Virus record (IMG/VR): IMGVR_UViG_2585427747_000002
Location: 1-33,552 of that record
Length of the DNA stretch: 33,552 nt
Source: a virus
Lineage: Duplodnaviria; Heunggongvirae; Uroviricota; Caudoviricetes
Reading direction: 5' to 3' (one strand)
The notes below the pieces were generated by a model. The model was not told where the DNA came from. It searched no databases and was given only the letters and a program-made list of their open reading frames with translations. Shown piece by piece: positions 31,876-33,552 of this stretch; positions within the stretch are counted from its first letter, which is position 1; each line of letters starts with the position of its first letter. Made by a program: the position numbers and the translations under genes.

Positions 31876-32154
31876 ATGTTCAGAATCATTTTTCCTAACA
31901 CCTGGTACGTCGACCACCACGGCACTCCCTGCAAAATCCTGCGTTCTACCCACAACAAAGTTCACTACATCCGAAAAGGCAGAACATGTATCGCCAGCAT
32001 GTTCCGCTTTAATCATGACTTTGAACCTGTGAATAAAGCTGATGCAGATCGGATAGCAGAAGAGCTCGAAACGGCAGAACACATTAAGAAGTTACGTGAC
32101 ATGCGTTCAAAAAGCAGAGGTAACCATGGAATCATACAGCCTCACACTCGATGA
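31876..32154 (+). CDS. Hypothetical protein (92 aa) upstream of xis/int
   Basis: ORF with GAGGTG SD 7 nt upstream; no family recognised. Confidence 0.5.
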   Translation: MFRIIFPNTWYVDHHGTPCKILRSTHNKVHYIRKGRTCIASMFRFNHDFEPVNKADADRIAEELETAEHIKKLRDMRSKSRGNHGIIQPHTR

Positions 32155-32476
32155 GGCCTGTCAGTTTCTCAAGATATCCAGACCTACCGCTACCAACTGG
32201 ATACGAACAGGCCGCCTACAGGCAACACGCAAAGACCCCACTAAACCAAAATCTCCTTACCTCACAACGCGACAAGCCTGCATTGCGGCGCTTCAGTCTC
32301 CGCTGCATACTATCAAGGTGAGCGCGGGTGATGGCATAACAGAGGAAAGAAAATGTCACTCTTCCGCAGAGGTGAAATATGGTACGCCAGTTTCACATTG
32401 CCGAACGGTAAAAGATTTAAACAGTCTCTTGGAACAAAGGACAAAAGGCAGGCGACAGAACTCCATGACAAGCTAA
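32126..32476 (+). CDS. xis: Excisionase-like HTH protein (AlpA/Xis family); 3' end overlaps int in another frame
   Basis: [36 protein letters not shown] is a typical excisionase-type HTH; GAGG SD; ORF stays open 124 nt into int, so the true C-terminus is uncertain. Confidence 0.6.
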   Translation: MESYSLTLDEACQFLKISRPTATNWIRTGRLQATRKDPTKPKSPYLTTRQACIAALQSPLHTIKVSAGDGITEERKCHSSAEVKYGTPVSHCRTVKDLNSLLEQRTKGRRQNSMTS

Positions 32477-33516
32477 AGGCTGAAGCATGGCGGGTCAGCA
32501 AACTTGGTGAAATACCTGATATAACGTTCGAGGAAGCGTGTGTCAGGTGGCTTGAAGAGAAAGCACATAAAAAATCACTGGACGATGACAAAAGCCGGAT
32601 CGGATTCTGGCTTCAACATTTCGCAGGAATGCAACTAAGAGACATTACTGAATCAAAAATTTATTCAGCAATGCAGAAAATGACGAACCGGCGTAATGAG
32701 GAAAACTGGAAACTCAGGGCAGAAGCATGCAGAAAAAAAGGGAAACCTGTTCCAGAATACACGCCAAAACCAGCGTCTGTTGCAACGAAGGCTACGCATC
32801 TTTCATTTATAAAAGCCCTACTAAGAGCCGCAGAGCGTGAATGGAAAATGCTGGATAAGGCACCAATTATTAAAGTGCCTCAACCAAAGAATAAACGGAT
32901 CCGCTGGCTGGAGCCCCATGAAGCACAAAGGCTGATTGATGAATGTCCGGAGCCATTAAAGTCTGTTGTTGAATTTGCACTGGCAACAGGCTTAAGACGC
33001 TCGAACATCATCAACCTTGAATGGCAACAAATAGATATGCAGCGCCGGGTGGCATGGATAAACCCGGAAGAGAGTAAATCAAACCGCGCAATCGGCGTTG
33101 CGCTGAATGATACTGCATGTCGCGTATTGAAAAAACAAATCGGGAATCATCACCGTTGGGTATTTGTGTACAAGGAAAGCTGTACCAAACCAGACGGAAC
33201 GAAAGCGCCAACAGTAAGGAAGATGCGGTATGACGCAAACACAGCCTGGAAAGCGGCGCTGAGACGGGCTGGTATTGATGATTTCAGATTTCACGACTTG
33301 AGACACACCTGGGCAAGTTGGCTGGTTCAAGCCGGAGTCCCGTTGTCAGTGTTACAGGAAATGGGAGGCTGGGAGTCTATCGAAATGGTTCGTCGATATG
33401 CTCACCTTGCACCTAATCACCTTACCGAACACGCACGGCAAATAGACTCGATCCTGAACCCATCGGTCCCAAATTTGTCCCAGTCAAAAAATAAGGAAGG
33501 TACTAATGATGTGTAA
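32353..33516 (+). CDS. int: Tyrosine site-specific integrase
   Basis: 387 aa, [46 protein letters not shown]...; C-terminal catalytic residues in ...[18 protein letters not shown]...VRRYAHL (R, H-x-x-R, Y context); resembles Rac IntR-type integrases as recalled. Confidence 0.93.
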   Translation: MSLFRRGEIWYASFTLPNGKRFKQSLGTKDKRQATELHDKLKAEAWRVSKLGEIPDITFEEACVRWLEEKAHKKSLDDDKSRIGFWLQHFAGMQLRDITESKIYSAMQKMTNRRNEENWKLRAEACRKKGKPVPEYTPKPASVATKATHLSFIKALLRAAEREWKMLDKAPIIKVPQPKNKRIRWLEPHEAQRLIDECPEPLKSVVEFALATGLRRSNIINLEWQQIDMQRRVAWINPEESKSNRAIGVALNDTACRVLKKQIGNHHRWVFVYKESCTKPDGTKAPTVRKMRYDANTAWKAALRRAGIDDFRFHDLRHTWASWLVQAGVPLSVLQEMGGWESIEMVRRYAHLAPNHLTEHARQIDSILNPSVPNLSQSKNKEGTNDV

Positions 33517-33530
33517 CTTATTGATTTAAA

Positions 33531-33552
33531 TGGTGCCGATAATAGGAGTCGA
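33531..33552 (-). tRNA. 3' end of a tRNA gene (likely tRNA-Thr, thrW-like), truncated by the window end; prophage attachment site
   Basis: Minus-strand reading ...TCGACTCCTATTATCGGCACCA: T-arm (GTTCGACTCC context), acceptor 3' strand TATCGGC, discriminator A, CCA. Only 22 nt visible; identity from recall of thrW. Confidence 0.55.

Overview
This window is a nearly complete lambda-like (lambdoid) prophage, read from the sequence and the six-frame track alone; no searches were run, and all protein identities rest on recall of phage lambda and E. coli cryptic-prophage proteins. Most genes lie on the minus strand. From left to right: a partial IS3-family insertion sequence (1-1405) that truncates tail gene L; an apparently intact lambda-type virion module (M, H, G/T, V, U, Z, FII, FI, E, D, C/Nu3, B, W, A, Nu1) ending at a lambda-type cos site (~14803-14991); an orphan late gene; a lysis cassette (non-lambda holin, lambda-type R, Rz/Rz1); a cysteine-free Q-position gene with a downstream terminator; a DLP12-like nin block (ybcN, ninE, ybcO, rusA, ylcG); an AT-rich cargo island of three orphan genes; truncated ren, P, O with ori iterons; a long cII-like gene; divergent cro/cI with operators; an AT-rich orphan gene in the rexAB position after cI; pL/OL; an unassigned ORF; gam, bet, exo; a PAPS-reductase (IbrA/DndC-like) gene; a convergent AT-rich module of a 3-TM membrane protein plus a SAM methyltransferase; a TraR/DksA-like gene; an excisionase-like gene and a tyrosine integrase next to the 3' end of a tRNA at the window edge. 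The best candidates for an undescribed system are the AT-rich orphan loci at module junctions: the cI-adjacent gene (25263-26126), the membrane-protein/methyltransferase pair (30058-31241) and the nin-region island (19461-21678). None of these could be assigned a function from sequence, so they are hypotheses to test, not calls.
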